This document shows positions 18,369 to 27,156 of a DNA stretch of 64,000 nucleotides, one piece after another. Source of the stretch: Acidimicrobiia bacterium. GTDB taxonomy: Bacteria; Actinomycetota; Acidimicrobiia; Acidimicrobiales; VFJN01. The DNA lies in NCBI GenBank assembly GCA_046565645.1, contig JBKHYD010000034.1, forward strand, positions 49,209 through 113,208, in the 5' to 3' direction. Each line of letters opens with the position of its first letter. The stretch's first letter is position 1. The position numbers and the translations under genes were made by a program. The notes below the pieces were generated by a model that saw only the letters and a list, made by a program, of their open reading frames with translations, made no database searches and was not told where the DNA came from.

Positions 18369-19293
18369 TCACGGAGGCGTCCTCGGTGTCGTGGTGATGG
18401 CCTACGGCACCCCCGCCTCCGTTGCCGACATCGAGGCCTACTACACGCACATCCGCCGAGGCCGGCCGCCGGAGCCCGCGCAGCTGGCCGAGCTCACCGC
18501 CCGGTACGAGGCGATCGGCGGCACCTCCCCTCTCGCTGCCCGCACGGAGGCGCAGCGGCTGGCCCTGGCCGACGCCCTCCAGGCCCGCCGCCCGGGCGGA
18601 ACCCGGGTGGTGCTGGGCCAGAAGCACGCGGTCCCGTTCATCGAGGACGCGGTGGCGGCCCTGGCCGACGACGGGGTCGAGCGGGTCGTCGGCCTGGTGC
18701 TGGCCCCTCACTTCTCCCGCTTCTCCGTGGGCGAGTACCAGAGCCGGCTGGCCGCCGCCGCCGCGGAGCACGGCATGACCAGCGCCGGCGTGGAGTCCTG
18801 GCACCTCGAGCCGTCCTACCTCGGCTTCCTCTCCGGGGCGGTGGAGGAGGGGCTCCGTGCCCTGCCCGAGCGCACCAAGGTCCTCTTCACAGCCCACTCC
18901 CTGCCCGAGCGGGTGCTGGCCGGCGACCCCTACCCGGAGCAGCTGCGCCAGTCGGCGGCGGCGGTGGCGGGGATGGTGGGCCTCGACCGCTGGGCCGGGT
19001 GGTCGCTTTGCTGGCAGTCCGCCGGCCGCACCCCCGAGCCGTGGCGGGGCCCCGACGTCCTCGAGGTCGTGCGAGACCTGGCCGCCACCGGCCGGGCCGA
19101 GGGGGTGCTCGTGTGCCCGCAGGGCTTCGTGAGCGACCACCTCGAGGTCGTCTACGACCTCGACATCGAGGCCCGGGCCGTAGCCGAGGAGGTGGGCCTC
19201 GCCTTCGCCCGCACGAAGGTCCTGAACGACGACGCCGCCACCTTCGCTGCGCTCGCGGACCGGGTTCTCGAGCTGGACCCGGTCGGGCGCTGA
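18361..19293 (+). CDS. hemH: Ferrochelatase (coproporphyrin ferrochelatase type expected in this phylum)
   Basis: [53 protein letters not shown]. 8-nt overlap with hemE. Confidence 0.85.
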   Translation: MPDHGGVLGVVVMAYGTPASVADIEAYYTHIRRGRPPEPAQLAELTARYEAIGGTSPLAARTEAQRLALADALQARRPGGTRVVLGQKHAVPFIEDAVAALADDGVERVVGLVLAPHFSRFSVGEYQSRLAAAAAEHGMTSAGVESWHLEPSYLGFLSGAVEEGLRALPERTKVLFTAHSLPERVLAGDPYPEQLRQSAAAVAGMVGLDRWAGWSLCWQSAGRTPEPWRGPDVLEVVRDLAATGRAEGVLVCPQGFVSDHLEVVYDLDIEARAVAEEVGLAFARTKVLNDDAATFAALADRVLELDPVGR

Positions 19294-20678
19294 TGGGCAC
19301 GCCGACGGCGGTCGTCGTGGGTGGCGGCATCACCGGGCTGGTCGCCGCCCGCGACCTCGCTCGGCGAGGCGCCACGGTGGTGGTGGTCGAGCCGGACCGG
19401 GTGGGCGGCAAGCTGCAGACCACCGCGTTCGACGGCGCCGTCCTCGACGAGGCGGCCGACACGTTCCTCGCCCGGGTGCCCGATGGCATCGAGCTGTGCC
19501 GGGAGCTGGGCCTCCACGGCGACCTGGTCTCCCCCGCCTTCCGCCGGGCCTACGTGTGGAGCCGCAGCGCCCTGCGCCCGCTGCCCGAGGCCCAGCTGCT
19601 CGGCGTGCCCACCGACCTCGACGAGCTGACCGCCACGGGCATCGTGTCGAGCGCCGGGGTGGCCGCCGCTCGACGGGACCTCGAGATCCCGCTGCCAGCG
19701 CCCGAGGGCGACGTGGCGATCGGGCCGCTGTTCCGCGACCGTCTCGGCGACGAGGTGGTCGACCGGCTCGTCGACCCGCTCGTCGGGGGCATCAACGCGG
19801 GGACCGTCGACGGCCTGAGCCTGGCCGCCACCGCCCCCCAGCTCGACGCCGCGGTGCGAAGCGGCCACCCGTCCCTGATCCAGGCCTGCCGGGAGCAGCG
19901 GTCGCAGGTGGCCGATCCGGCGGCGCCCGTGTTCTACGCCCCTCGGGGCGGCATGGGCGCGCTCGCCCAGGCCGTCCGCCACGACGCCGAGGCCCACGGC
20001 GCCACCACGGTCCGGGCCCGGGCCACCGGCCTCGAGCGGTCCGGGACGGGCTGGAGGGTGGTCCTCGACGGGGCGCCGGCCCTCGACGCCGACGGTGTCG
20101 TGGTGGCCACGCCGGCCGGGCCCGCGGCCGAGCTCGTGCACCCTCACGCAGCTCGGGCCGCCACGCTCCTCGCCGCCATCCCCTACGCCTCGGTGGCGCT
20201 GCTCTCGATCGCCGTCGACCGGGCCGGCGTCGAGCACGAGCTCGACGCCACCGGGTACCTGGTGCCGTCGGTCGAGGGGCGCACCATCACCGCCTGCTCC
20301 TGGGCCAGCAGCAAGTGGGCACACCTCGCTGACCCGGGCACGGCCTGGCTCCGGGCCTCGGTCGGGCGCGACGGCGACGACCACGCGCTCCGCCTCGGCG
20401 ACGACGAGCTCGTGGCCCGGGTGCTCGAGGACCTGCGCGAAACGATGGGCCTCCACGGGATCCCCCGCGAGGTGCGCGTGAGCCGCCTGCCCGGGTCGTT
20501 CCCCCAGTACCGGCCGGGCCACCTCGACCGGGTCGAGGCCATCGACGCCGACCTCGCCGCGAGCGCCCCGGGCGTGGTCGTGGCGGGGGCAGCCCTGCGG
20601 GGCCTCGGCGTGCCCGCCTGCATCCGCCAGGGCCGGCAGGCGGCCCAGCGGCTCGGCGTCCGCCTCGACCCCGGCTGA
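19293..20678 (+). CDS. hemY: Protoporphyrinogen/coproporphyrinogen III oxidase (FAD)
   Basis: VVVGGGITGLVAARDL FAD fold, GGKL.T, C-terminal GAALRGLGVPACI. ATG overlaps the hemH TGA by 1 nt. The ORF-track N-terminal 98 aa are spurious. Confidence 0.85.
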   Translation: MGTPTAVVVGGGITGLVAARDLARRGATVVVVEPDRVGGKLQTTAFDGAVLDEAADTFLARVPDGIELCRELGLHGDLVSPAFRRAYVWSRSALRPLPEAQLLGVPTDLDELTATGIVSSAGVAAARRDLEIPLPAPEGDVAIGPLFRDRLGDEVVDRLVDPLVGGINAGTVDGLSLAATAPQLDAAVRSGHPSLIQACREQRSQVADPAAPVFYAPRGGMGALAQAVRHDAEAHGATTVRARATGLERSGTGWRVVLDGAPALDADGVVVATPAGPAAELVHPHAARAATLLAAIPYASVALLSIAVDRAGVEHELDATGYLVPSVEGRTITACSWASSKWAHLADPGTAWLRASVGRDGDDHALRLGDDELVARVLEDLRETMGLHGIPREVRVSRLPGSFPQYRPGHLDRVEAIDADLAASAPGVVVAGAALRGLGVPACIRQGRQAAQRLGVRLDPG

Positions 20679-20713
20679 CCCCAGGTCGACGGCCCGACAA
20701 CGACCTGCGCATC

Positions 20714-21415
20714 ATGGGAGCCGTGACCGCCCCCCCGACCCGCCGGCGCCTCCGGGCGCTCACCGTGGCCATCGCGGTGCTGCTCTCCGCGGCCGGCGGG
20801 GTGCTGGCGGCCCGGCTCGACGAGCCGGCGGAGGTGGTCGCTGGGGCCGAGCCGGCGCCCGCGGCTTCCACCGCGCCGGAGCCCGACCTCTCCCCGGTGG
20901 GCAGCACCGGCGCCCGGATCGTCAGCTCGCTGTCGGCCGACCTGCCGGTCCCCGAGGCGGTCCCCGCCGACGCCCGGGCGGCCACACCGGAGGTCCGGCA
21001 CGGCGTGCTCGAGATCCCGTCGATCGGGCTGTCCCAGCCCCTGTTCGAGGGCATCACGCTCACCGCCATCGATCGCGGTCCGAGCCACTGGCCGGGCACG
21101 GCCATGCCGGGCGAGCTCGGCAACGTGGTGGTGGCCGGGCACCGCACCACCCGCACCCGCCCGTTCTGGGACCTCGACCTCGTGCAGCCGGGCGACGAGC
21201 TCGTCTTCGCCATGGACGACGGGTCGCGCCACGTCTACGTGCTCGACCGCATCGAGATCGTGGACGACGAGGCCATGCACATCGTCGACCAGACCTACGG
21301 CTACCGGGCCACGCTGTTCGCCTGCCACCCGAAGGGCAGCGCCCGCCAGCGCATCGTGGGCCACTTCACCCTGCAGTCCTCCACCCCCGCCCCCGCGGAG
21401 ACCCCCTCGGCCTAG
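20714..21415 (+). CDS. Sortase-family transpeptidase (membrane-anchored; class E/F-like)
   Basis: N-terminal TM LTVAIAVLLSAAGGVLAA, GNVVVAGHRTT (His), ATLFACHP (Cys), downstream Arg (ARQRIV). Confidence 0.7.
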   Translation: MGAVTAPPTRRRLRALTVAIAVLLSAAGGVLAARLDEPAEVVAGAEPAPAASTAPEPDLSPVGSTGARIVSSLSADLPVPEAVPADARAATPEVRHGVLEIPSIGLSQPLFEGITLTAIDRGPSHWPGTAMPGELGNVVVAGHRTTRTRPFWDLDLVQPGDELVFAMDDGSRHVYVLDRIEIVDDEAMHIVDQTYGYRATLFACHPKGSARQRIVGHFTLQSSTPAPAETPSA

Positions 21416-21419
21416 CCGC

Positions 21420-21611
21420 TCAGCGCACCGCCGCTTCGGCGGCGGCCGCCAGCCCCTCGGCCTCCATGCGCAGGTACCGCTTGGTGCGGCGGCCGACCAG
21501 GAGCCGCATCGGCCCGGCGAGGGCCCCGCGCTGGTCGATGGTGATGGTGAGGGTGCTGGTGCCGGGCCGGGCGCCCGCGATGTCCCGCGTGCGTCGCGCC
21601 GCGACCATCAT
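21420..21611 (-). CDS. Short ORF resembling only the C-terminal third of an SRPBCC (START/polyketide-cyclase-fold) protein; possible gene remnant
   Basis: 63 aa, high GC3. GTSTLTITIDQRGALAGPMRLLVGRRTKRYLRMEAEGLAAAAE resembles the last strands plus terminal helix of SRPBCC proteins. The N-terminal two thirds have no room, because lnt starts at 21620 on the other strand. Confidence 0.35.
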   Translation of the reverse strand: MMVAARRTRDIAGARPGTSTLTITIDQRGALAGPMRLLVGRRTKRYLRMEAEGLAAAAEAAVR

Positions 21612-21619
21612 CTCCTTCC

Positions 21620-23125
21620 GTGCCCGACCACCACCCGTTGCGCCGCCCCCGCCTCGTGGCCGGGCTCGGCGCGCTCGCGGCCGGGGGCCTGCTGTGCCTG
21701 TCCCTCCCCCCGTTCGGGTGGTGGCCGTTGGCCTTCCTCGGGCTGGCCGGCCTGGACCGCCTGATCGCGGACCAGCCGGTCGGCGTCCGCTTCCGACGCG
21801 GCTGGCTGGTCGCGATGGGCTGCTTCGTGCCGTCGCTGTCGTGGATGACGGCGCTCACCGTCCCCGGCTACCTCGTCGCCTGCGTCGCGTACGCGGCCAT
21901 GCTCGGTGCCGGGGTGGCCGCGGCACCCCCCGGCCGGGGTCGCTGGCTGGCCCTCGTGGGCACCTGGACGGTGGCCGAGCTGGTCCGCTGGTCCTGGCCC
22001 TTCGGCGGCGTGCCGCTGGCCAACCTGGCCATCGGGCAGGTGGCCGGGCCCCTCGCCCCCGTGCTGCGGGTGGGGGGCGCCGTCCTGCTGCTGGCGGTCA
22101 CGGTCGCCTTGGGGCAGGCGCTGGCCGCCGGCCTCCGGCGGGCCTGGGCGCCGGCCGTCGGGCTCGCCGCCGGGGTCGCCGTGCTCGTGGCCGCTGCGGC
22201 TCTGGCCCCGCAGGGCGGCTCCGTCGACGACGTGGAGGTCGCCCTGGTCCAAGGCGGGGGCAAGCAGGGCACGCGCAAGAGCGAGACGGGCGTGGTCGAG
22301 CCGTTCGAGCGCCACGTCGAGGCCACGGAGGAGGTACGCGCCCCCGTCGACCTCGTGGTGTGGCCGGAGGACGTCATCGACACCGACGGCGCCTTCGTGG
22401 ACGACCCCTGGTTCGACGTGGTGGCCTCGATCGCCGACGAGCTCGGGGCACCGATGGTCGTCGGCACCGTCGAGGGCGCAGGGGCGGAGCGGTTCCGCAA
22501 CGCGGCCGTCCTCATCGGCCCGGACGGGGCCGTCGCCGGGCGCTACGAGAAGGTGCACCGGGTGCCCTTCGGGGAGTACGTACCGCTCAGAGGGCTCCTC
22601 GAGCCGATCGCCGGTGACGCCCTGCCCGACCGGGATGCCATCTCCGGTGACGAGCCGAACTTGCTCGACGTTCCCGGACCGGTGGGCCTCGTCACCAGCC
22701 CGATCTCGTGGGAGATCTTCTTCGCCGACCGGACCCGCGAAGGCGTCGAGGCCGGGGCTCGCCTCGTGCTCAACCCCACCAACGGCTCGTCGTTCACGGG
22801 AACGATCGTGCAGACCCAGCAGGTGGCGTCGTCGCGCATGCGCGCGATCGAGAGCGGCCGGTGGGTCGTCCAGGTGGCGCCGACCGGCTTCAGCGCGGTG
22901 ATCGACGAGCGGGGCCGCGTGGTCGAGCGCACCGCCATCAGCGAGCGCCGGGTGCTGCAGCGCCCGGTCGAGCTGCGCGACGGTCTGACGCTCTACACCA
23001 GGTGGGGGAACGCCCCGGGCCTGATCGTCGCCGCCCTCTGCATCGCCGCTGGTTGGGTGCTCGAGCGCCGCCGACGACCGGACCCCGCCCCCACCGACCC
23101 GAAGGACGGGGCGGTCGGCACCTGA
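21620..23125 (+). CDS. lnt: Apolipoprotein N-acyltransferase
   Basis: N-terminal polytopic region with LPPFGWWPLAFL. C-terminal CN-hydrolase domain VDLVVWPE, YEKVHRVPFGEYVP, NPTNGSSF. Confidence 0.85.
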   Translation: MPDHHPLRRPRLVAGLGALAAGGLLCLSLPPFGWWPLAFLGLAGLDRLIADQPVGVRFRRGWLVAMGCFVPSLSWMTALTVPGYLVACVAYAAMLGAGVAAAPPGRGRWLALVGTWTVAELVRWSWPFGGVPLANLAIGQVAGPLAPVLRVGGAVLLLAVTVALGQALAAGLRRAWAPAVGLAAGVAVLVAAAALAPQGGSVDDVEVALVQGGGKQGTRKSETGVVEPFERHVEATEEVRAPVDLVVWPEDVIDTDGAFVDDPWFDVVASIADELGAPMVVGTVEGAGAERFRNAAVLIGPDGAVAGRYEKVHRVPFGEYVPLRGLLEPIAGDALPDRDAISGDEPNLLDVPGPVGLVTSPISWEIFFADRTREGVEAGARLVLNPTNGSSFTGTIVQTQQVASSRMRAIESGRWVVQVAPTGFSAVIDERGRVVERTAISERRVLQRPVELRDGLTLYTRWGNAPGLIVAALCIAAGWVLERRRRPDPAPTDPKDGAVGT

Positions 23126-23148
23126 CCGAGCCGGCCGGGCGCAGGCGC

Positions 23149-23180
23149 GCCGATGGCCGGCGTGGGAGCCGGCCATCGGC
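23149..23180. terminator. Bidirectional hairpin between convergent lnt and hsp20
   Basis: Perfect 13-bp stem GCCGATGGCCGGC / GCCGGCCATCGGC with a 6-nt loop, in the 84-nt gap between the two stop codons. No U-tract (common in high-GC actinobacteria). Confidence 0.45.
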
Positions 23181-23209
23181 GGGTCGGGCGCAGCCGACGG
23201 GTGGGTGGG

Positions 23210-23665
23210 TCAGGCGGCGTGCTGGTCCTCGCCCTCGCTGGAGCTCGTCTCGATGGCCTGCGCACCACCGGTGCCGTGGCTGATCGCCACCTTGCGGGGC
23301 TTGGCCTGCTCGGCGACCGGGATCGACAGCGTGAGCACGCCGTGCTCGTAGCGGGCGTCGATGCGATCGGGGTCGAGGCCCTCGCCGAGGAACAGCTGGC
23401 GGGTGAAGCTGCCCTGGGGGCGCTCGGACACGACCACCTGGGCGCCCTCACCTCGGCTCCAGCGCCGCTCGGCGGACACCGTGAGGACGTTCTTCTCGAC
23501 GGTGAGGTCGATGCTGTCCGGATCGACGCCCGGCAGGTCCAGGTGCACGTAGAAGCTGTCGCCGTCGCGGTAGGCGTCCATCGGCATCACGGGGGCCCGC
23601 CCGCCGGTCCAGCCAGGCTGGGTGAGGCGATCGAGCTCGCGGAAGGGATCGAAGCGCATGAGCAT
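23210..23665 (-). CDS. Hsp20/alpha-crystallin small heat-shock protein
   Basis: MLMRFDPFRELDRL, MPMDAYRDGDSFYVHLDLPGVDPDSIDLTVEKNVLTVSAER, YEHGVLTLSIPV. GAGGAGG SD 5 nt upstream of ATG 23665. Confidence 0.9.
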   Translation of the reverse strand: MLMRFDPFRELDRLTQPGWTGGRAPVMPMDAYRDGDSFYVHLDLPGVDPDSIDLTVEKNVLTVSAERRWSRGEGAQVVVSERPQGSFTRQLFLGEGLDPDRIDARYEHGVLTLSIPVAEQAKPRKVAISHGTGGAQAIETSSSEGEDQHAA

Positions 23666-23714
23666 GTCCAACCTCCTCTGGTGCAGACAGCGGGTTGCTC
23701 TCTCGGACACCCCC

Positions 23715-23756
23715 AGTGTAAGCACCATGAGGTTTCTTGACAACCTACGACTCAAC
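23715..23756 (-). promoter_or_regulatory. hsp20 promoter (TTGTCA-17 nt-TACACT) overlapped by a HAIR-like inverted repeat
   Basis: Reverse strand: -35 TTGTCA (23743-23738), 17-nt spacer, -10 TACACT (23720-23715). The + strand at 23736-23756 reads CTTGACA-N7-ACTCAAC, versus the HspR operator consensus CTTGAGT-N7-ACTCAAG (11/14). Confidence 0.4.
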
Positions 23757-25358
23757 TTCGAGGTGGATGGTTCGAGTGGTGTGGACGGCCTCGAGGAAGG
23801 CCCGGTCGTGGGTCACGAGCAGCACCGTCCCCTCGAACGCCCCGAGGGCGGACTCCAGCTGCTCGATGGCCTCGATGTCGAGGTGGTTGGTCGGTTCGTC
23901 GAGGACGAGGCAGTTCACGCCGCTCGCCATGAGCTCGGCCAGCAGCGCTCGCGTCCGCTCCCCCGGTGACAGGTCCCCGCCGGCCCGGTCGACGTGCTCG
24001 GCGCCGAGCCCGAGCTTGGCCAGCAGCGTCCGGGCCTCGGACCGGTCGAGGCCCGTGGCCCCCATGAAGGCGCGGAGCAGCGGCCGGTCGTCGCCGTAGC
24101 GGAGGCGGCGCTGGTCGAGCAGGCCCACGACCACCCCCGGGCCCAGCCACCGCTCCCCCGCCGCCAGGGGCACCTCGCCGAGGATCGCCCGCAGCAGCGT
24201 GGTCTTGCCGCTGCCGTTGGGGCCGAGGATGGCGAGGCGGTCCTGCCAGGCCACCTCGAGGTCGATGGGGCCGAGCCGGAACGGCCCGAGCTGAACCACC
24301 GCGCCGCGCAGACGAGCCACCACGTCGCCGGCCCGACCGCCGCCGCCGAAGCTGAGCTGGAGCTGCCAGGGCTCCCAGGGCTTGTCCACCACCTCGAGCC
24401 GCTCGATGGCCTTCTCGGTGGCCTTCACCTTGGCCGCCATCTTCTCCGAGCGCTGCGCCTTGAGGTGGGGGAGGAACTTGTCGTTGTCGGTCTTCTTCCG
24501 CTTGGCGCTCTTCACGCCGACGACCGCCCACTCCCGCTGGGTCTGCTGGCGCTCGCGAAGGCGGTCCCGCTCCGCCACGTACTTCTCGAACCCCTCCTCC
24601 TGCTGCCGGCGGGCCAGCTCGCGGGAGGCGACGTACTCGGTCCACCCGCCGGCGTGCTCCCGCGCATCGTGAGCGGGCAGGCGCAGCTCGAGGATCCGGG
24701 TCACCACGCGGTCGAGGAAGGCGCGGTCGTGCGAGACGGTGGCCACGGCGCTCGGGGTGGAGCGCACGAAGTCCTCGAGGAGGGCGAGGCCGGCGAAGTC
24801 GAGGTCGTTGGTCGGCTCGTCGAGGAGCAAGACGTCCTGGCGGGACAGCAGGATGGCGGCCAGAGCCGCTCGGGCGGCCTGCCCGCCGGAGAGCTGCCCC
24901 ACCTCGACGTCGACCCGGTCGGCGGGGAGGCCGACCTGTGCGAGCACCGCTGCGGTGCGGACGTCGAGGTCGTCGCCGCCGACTGCCAGGAAGTGCTCGA
25001 GGGCCCCGCTGTAGGCCTCGATCGTGTCGGCCTCGCCGGTCATCGCAGCGGCGGCGGCGTCGAGCTCGGCGCTGGCCGCTGCCACACCGGTGCGCCGGGC
25101 GAGGTAGGCGCGGAGGGTCTCGCCCGGTCGGGCGTCGGGCTCCTGGGGCAGCCAGCCGACGGTGGTGGTGGCCGGGGACCGCTCGACGGTTCCGCCGTCG
25201 GGGGCTTCGAGACCGGCCAGGATCCGCAGCAGGGTCGACTTGCCGATGCCGTTGGGGCCGACGATCCCGAGCCGCGCGCCAGGTGTGACCGACACGGACA
25301 CGCCCCCGAGCACGACCTGTGCCCCGTGGTGGCGGACGAGGTCCTTGGCGATCAGCAT
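23745..25358 (-). CDS. ABC-F family ATPase (two tandem ABC domains, no TM; ribosome-associated class)
   Basis: 537 aa. GPNGIGKST and GPNGSGKTT Walker A motifs, LSGGQAARAAL and LSPGERTRALL signatures, charged inter-domain linker (RELARRQQEEGFEKYVAERDRLRERQQ). Confidence 0.9.
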   Translation of the reverse strand: MLIAKDLVRHHGAQVVLGGVSVSVTPGARLGIVGPNGIGKSTLLRILAGLEAPDGGTVERSPATTTVGWLPQEPDARPGETLRAYLARRTGVAAASAELDAAAAAMTGEADTIEAYSGALEHFLAVGGDDLDVRTAAVLAQVGLPADRVDVEVGQLSGGQAARAALAAILLSRQDVLLLDEPTNDLDFAGLALLEDFVRSTPSAVATVSHDRAFLDRVVTRILELRLPAHDAREHAGGWTEYVASRELARRQQEEGFEKYVAERDRLRERQQTQREWAVVGVKSAKRKKTDNDKFLPHLKAQRSEKMAAKVKATEKAIERLEVVDKPWEPWQLQLSFGGGGRAGDVVARLRGAVVQLGPFRLGPIDLEVAWQDRLAILGPNGSGKTTLLRAILGEVPLAAGERWLGPGVVVGLLDQRRLRYGDDRPLLRAFMGATGLDRSEARTLLAKLGLGAEHVDRAGGDLSPGERTRALLAELMASGVNCLVLDEPTNHLDIEAIEQLESALGAFEGTVLLVTHDRAFLEAVHTTRTIHLEVES

Positions 25359-25439
25359 GCGGTCAGGATCCTTCTGCGGGGGGCGACCCGCCCGCGGGGC
25401 ACCGGGAGCCGCCGGGCGGTGGGATCGGCAGGGCGGCGG

Positions 25440-25646
25440 TCAGCGCTGCCCGCGGTGGTGGCCGGCGCGGGTGGGCACGTGCGGGCCCCGCCCGGGCACC
25501 GACCTCGGGGGGTCGAGCCGGCGCCGGCCGGGTGCGTGGGGCGCGGGTGACGGGCCGTCGCTGCGGGCCGGGGTGCGTCCGCTGCGGGTGCCCTTCGGGG
25601 TGACCCGACCACCGCCAGAGCGTCGAGGGTGGGGGGACTTCGCCAT
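25440..25646 (-). CDS. Small Arg/Pro-rich basic ORF upstream of the ABC-F gene
   Basis: 68 aa. GGGAGGG SD 5 nt upstream of the ATG, acceptable GC3. The composition is also what shadow frames give, so it is uncertain. Confidence 0.35.
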   Translation of the reverse strand: MAKSPHPRRSGGGRVTPKGTRSGRTPARSDGPSPAPHAPGRRRLDPPRSVPGRGPHVPTRAGHHRGQR

Positions 25647-25842
25647 GGGTGACCCTCCCTTTCGAGGATCGGACCGGCGCTCGGCCGGTGGTGTTCGCGT
25701 GCTCGGCGACCAGGTGGCCGCAGGGACCCGGCATCCCGGGAGGGCGCTCGGCGCGCCGCGTCAGACGAACAAGGTCATGTGACGACCCTACCGGTCGGCC
25801 GCCGCCTCGATGGCTCGGTTTCGCCCCTCCCGCCGGCGGGGG

Positions 25843-26244
25843 TCAGTCCGACTCGAGGCGGGCCAGCAGCACGGCGGCGGCCGAGAGGGCCAGCCCGCGG
25901 GCGCCCACGTCCCAGGTGCGTGGCGCGAGGTGGCGGGCGGCGGTGACGCCGGCTGCGATCCACACTCCGGCGCACCAGCGGCAGGTGACGAGGGTGGCCA
26001 GCTTCGGGGGCACGTCCATGTCCTCCACCACCTCCTGTGCGGTGGCCGGCGGTTCCTCCTCCGGCACGTCGGCACCGGTGCTGCGGACGACCGCCATGCG
26101 CACGGGCTCGCTGATCATGTCGGCGGTGGCCAGGCGGACGAGGCGGTAGGTAGCCAAAGCGTCGACCACGAGCGTGAACCACGCCGCGGACGATCCGACG
26201 GGCAGCGGCTGGGAGCGGGTGGGGCGGGAGCGGGGCGGTCGCAC
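25843..26244 (-). CDS. DUF1360-type small membrane protein
   Basis: AAWFTLVVDALATYRLVRLATADMISEPVR ... LATLVTCRWCAGVWIAAGV is the family hallmark. It is buried at the C-terminus of a spurious 674-aa ORF. The GTG 26244 start is a guess. Confidence 0.6.
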   Translation of the reverse strand: MRPPRSRPTRSQPLPVGSSAAWFTLVVDALATYRLVRLATADMISEPVRMAVVRSTGADVPEEEPPATAQEVVEDMDVPPKLATLVTCRWCAGVWIAAGVTAARHLAPRTWDVGARGLALSAAAVLLARLESD

Positions 26245-26298
26245 CCCGCCTGTCTGCCCGCGGGCCGCGACGACGAACCCTCGGTAGGGTCCCCGGCC

Positions 26299-27156
26299 AT
26301 GGGTGACGCGGTCCGGGTGTCCACGGAGGGGGCGGTGCGGCGGCTGACGCTCTGCCGGCCCGAGGCCTACAACACGATCACGCCGCAGCTGCGCGACGAG
26401 CTCGGCGCCGGGCTCGACGATGCCCAGCGCGACGCGGCCGTCCGGGTGATCCTGCTCGACGCCGAGGGGCCGGCGTTCTGCGCCGGCTACGGGTTGGACT
26501 GGTCCACCGCCGCCCAGGCAGCCGACGACGAGGCCCCGGAGCGGCGGCGCTGGGACCTGGTCGCAGACCAGCACGTGATCCGGCCGTTCACCGACACGTG
26601 GGCCAAGCTGCACGACTCGTCGAAGCCCACCCTGGCCGCGGTGCAGGGCTGGTGCATCGCCGGCGGCACCAACATCGTGTTCAACGCCCACCTGATCGTG
26701 GCCGCCGAGTCGGCCCGGTTCGGCTACCCGCCGTCGCGGGTGTGGGGCGTGCCCGAGGCGCCGTGGACCTGGGTGGCCCGGATGGGCCTCCAGCAGGCTC
26801 GTCGCTACATGCTCACCGGCGACGAGATCACGGCCGATCGGGCGCTCGAGCTCGGCCTCGTGCTGGAGGTGGTGCCCGACGACGAGCTGGCCGGGCGGGC
26901 CATGGCCCTGGCCCAGCGCATCGCCCAGGTGCCGGCCAACCAGCTCGAGATGATCACCTGGGCGCTCAACTCGGTGGCCGACCACCAGTACGACCCACCC
27001 GCCTCCCGGCGCCTCGGCACCCTCTTCGACGGCATGGCCCGCCACAGCCAGGAGGGGGCCGAGTTCGTGGCCCGCTCCCAGGAGGTCGGCTTCCGCGAGG
27101 CGGTGCGCGAGCGGGACCGCCCCTTCAGGGACTACGGCGAGCGCTCCAAGTCCTGA
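26299..27156 (+). CDS. Enoyl-CoA hydratase/isomerase (crotonase) family protein
   Basis: RRLTLCRPEAYNTITPQL, VILLDAEGPAFCAGYGL, AAVQGWCIAGG, LTGDEITADRALELGLV. Confidence 0.85.
   Translation: MGDAVRVSTEGAVRRLTLCRPEAYNTITPQLRDELGAGLDDAQRDAAVRVILLDAEGPAFCAGYGLDWSTAAQAADDEAPERRRWDLVADQHVIRPFTDTWAKLHDSSKPTLAAVQGWCIAGGTNIVFNAHLIVAAESARFGYPPSRVWGVPEAPWTWVARMGLQQARRYMLTGDEITADRALELGLVLEVVPDDELAGRAMALAQRIAQVPANQLEMITWALNSVADHQYDPPASRRLGTLFDGMARHSQEGAEFVARSQEVGFREAVRERDRPFRDYGERSKS

Noticed and set aside
27132-27156. 25-nt overlap of the convergent 3' ends of the crotonase and APH-like genes.
   Set aside because: Short convergent overlaps are common in compact high-GC genomes. Nothing suggests antisense regulation beyond the overlap itself.
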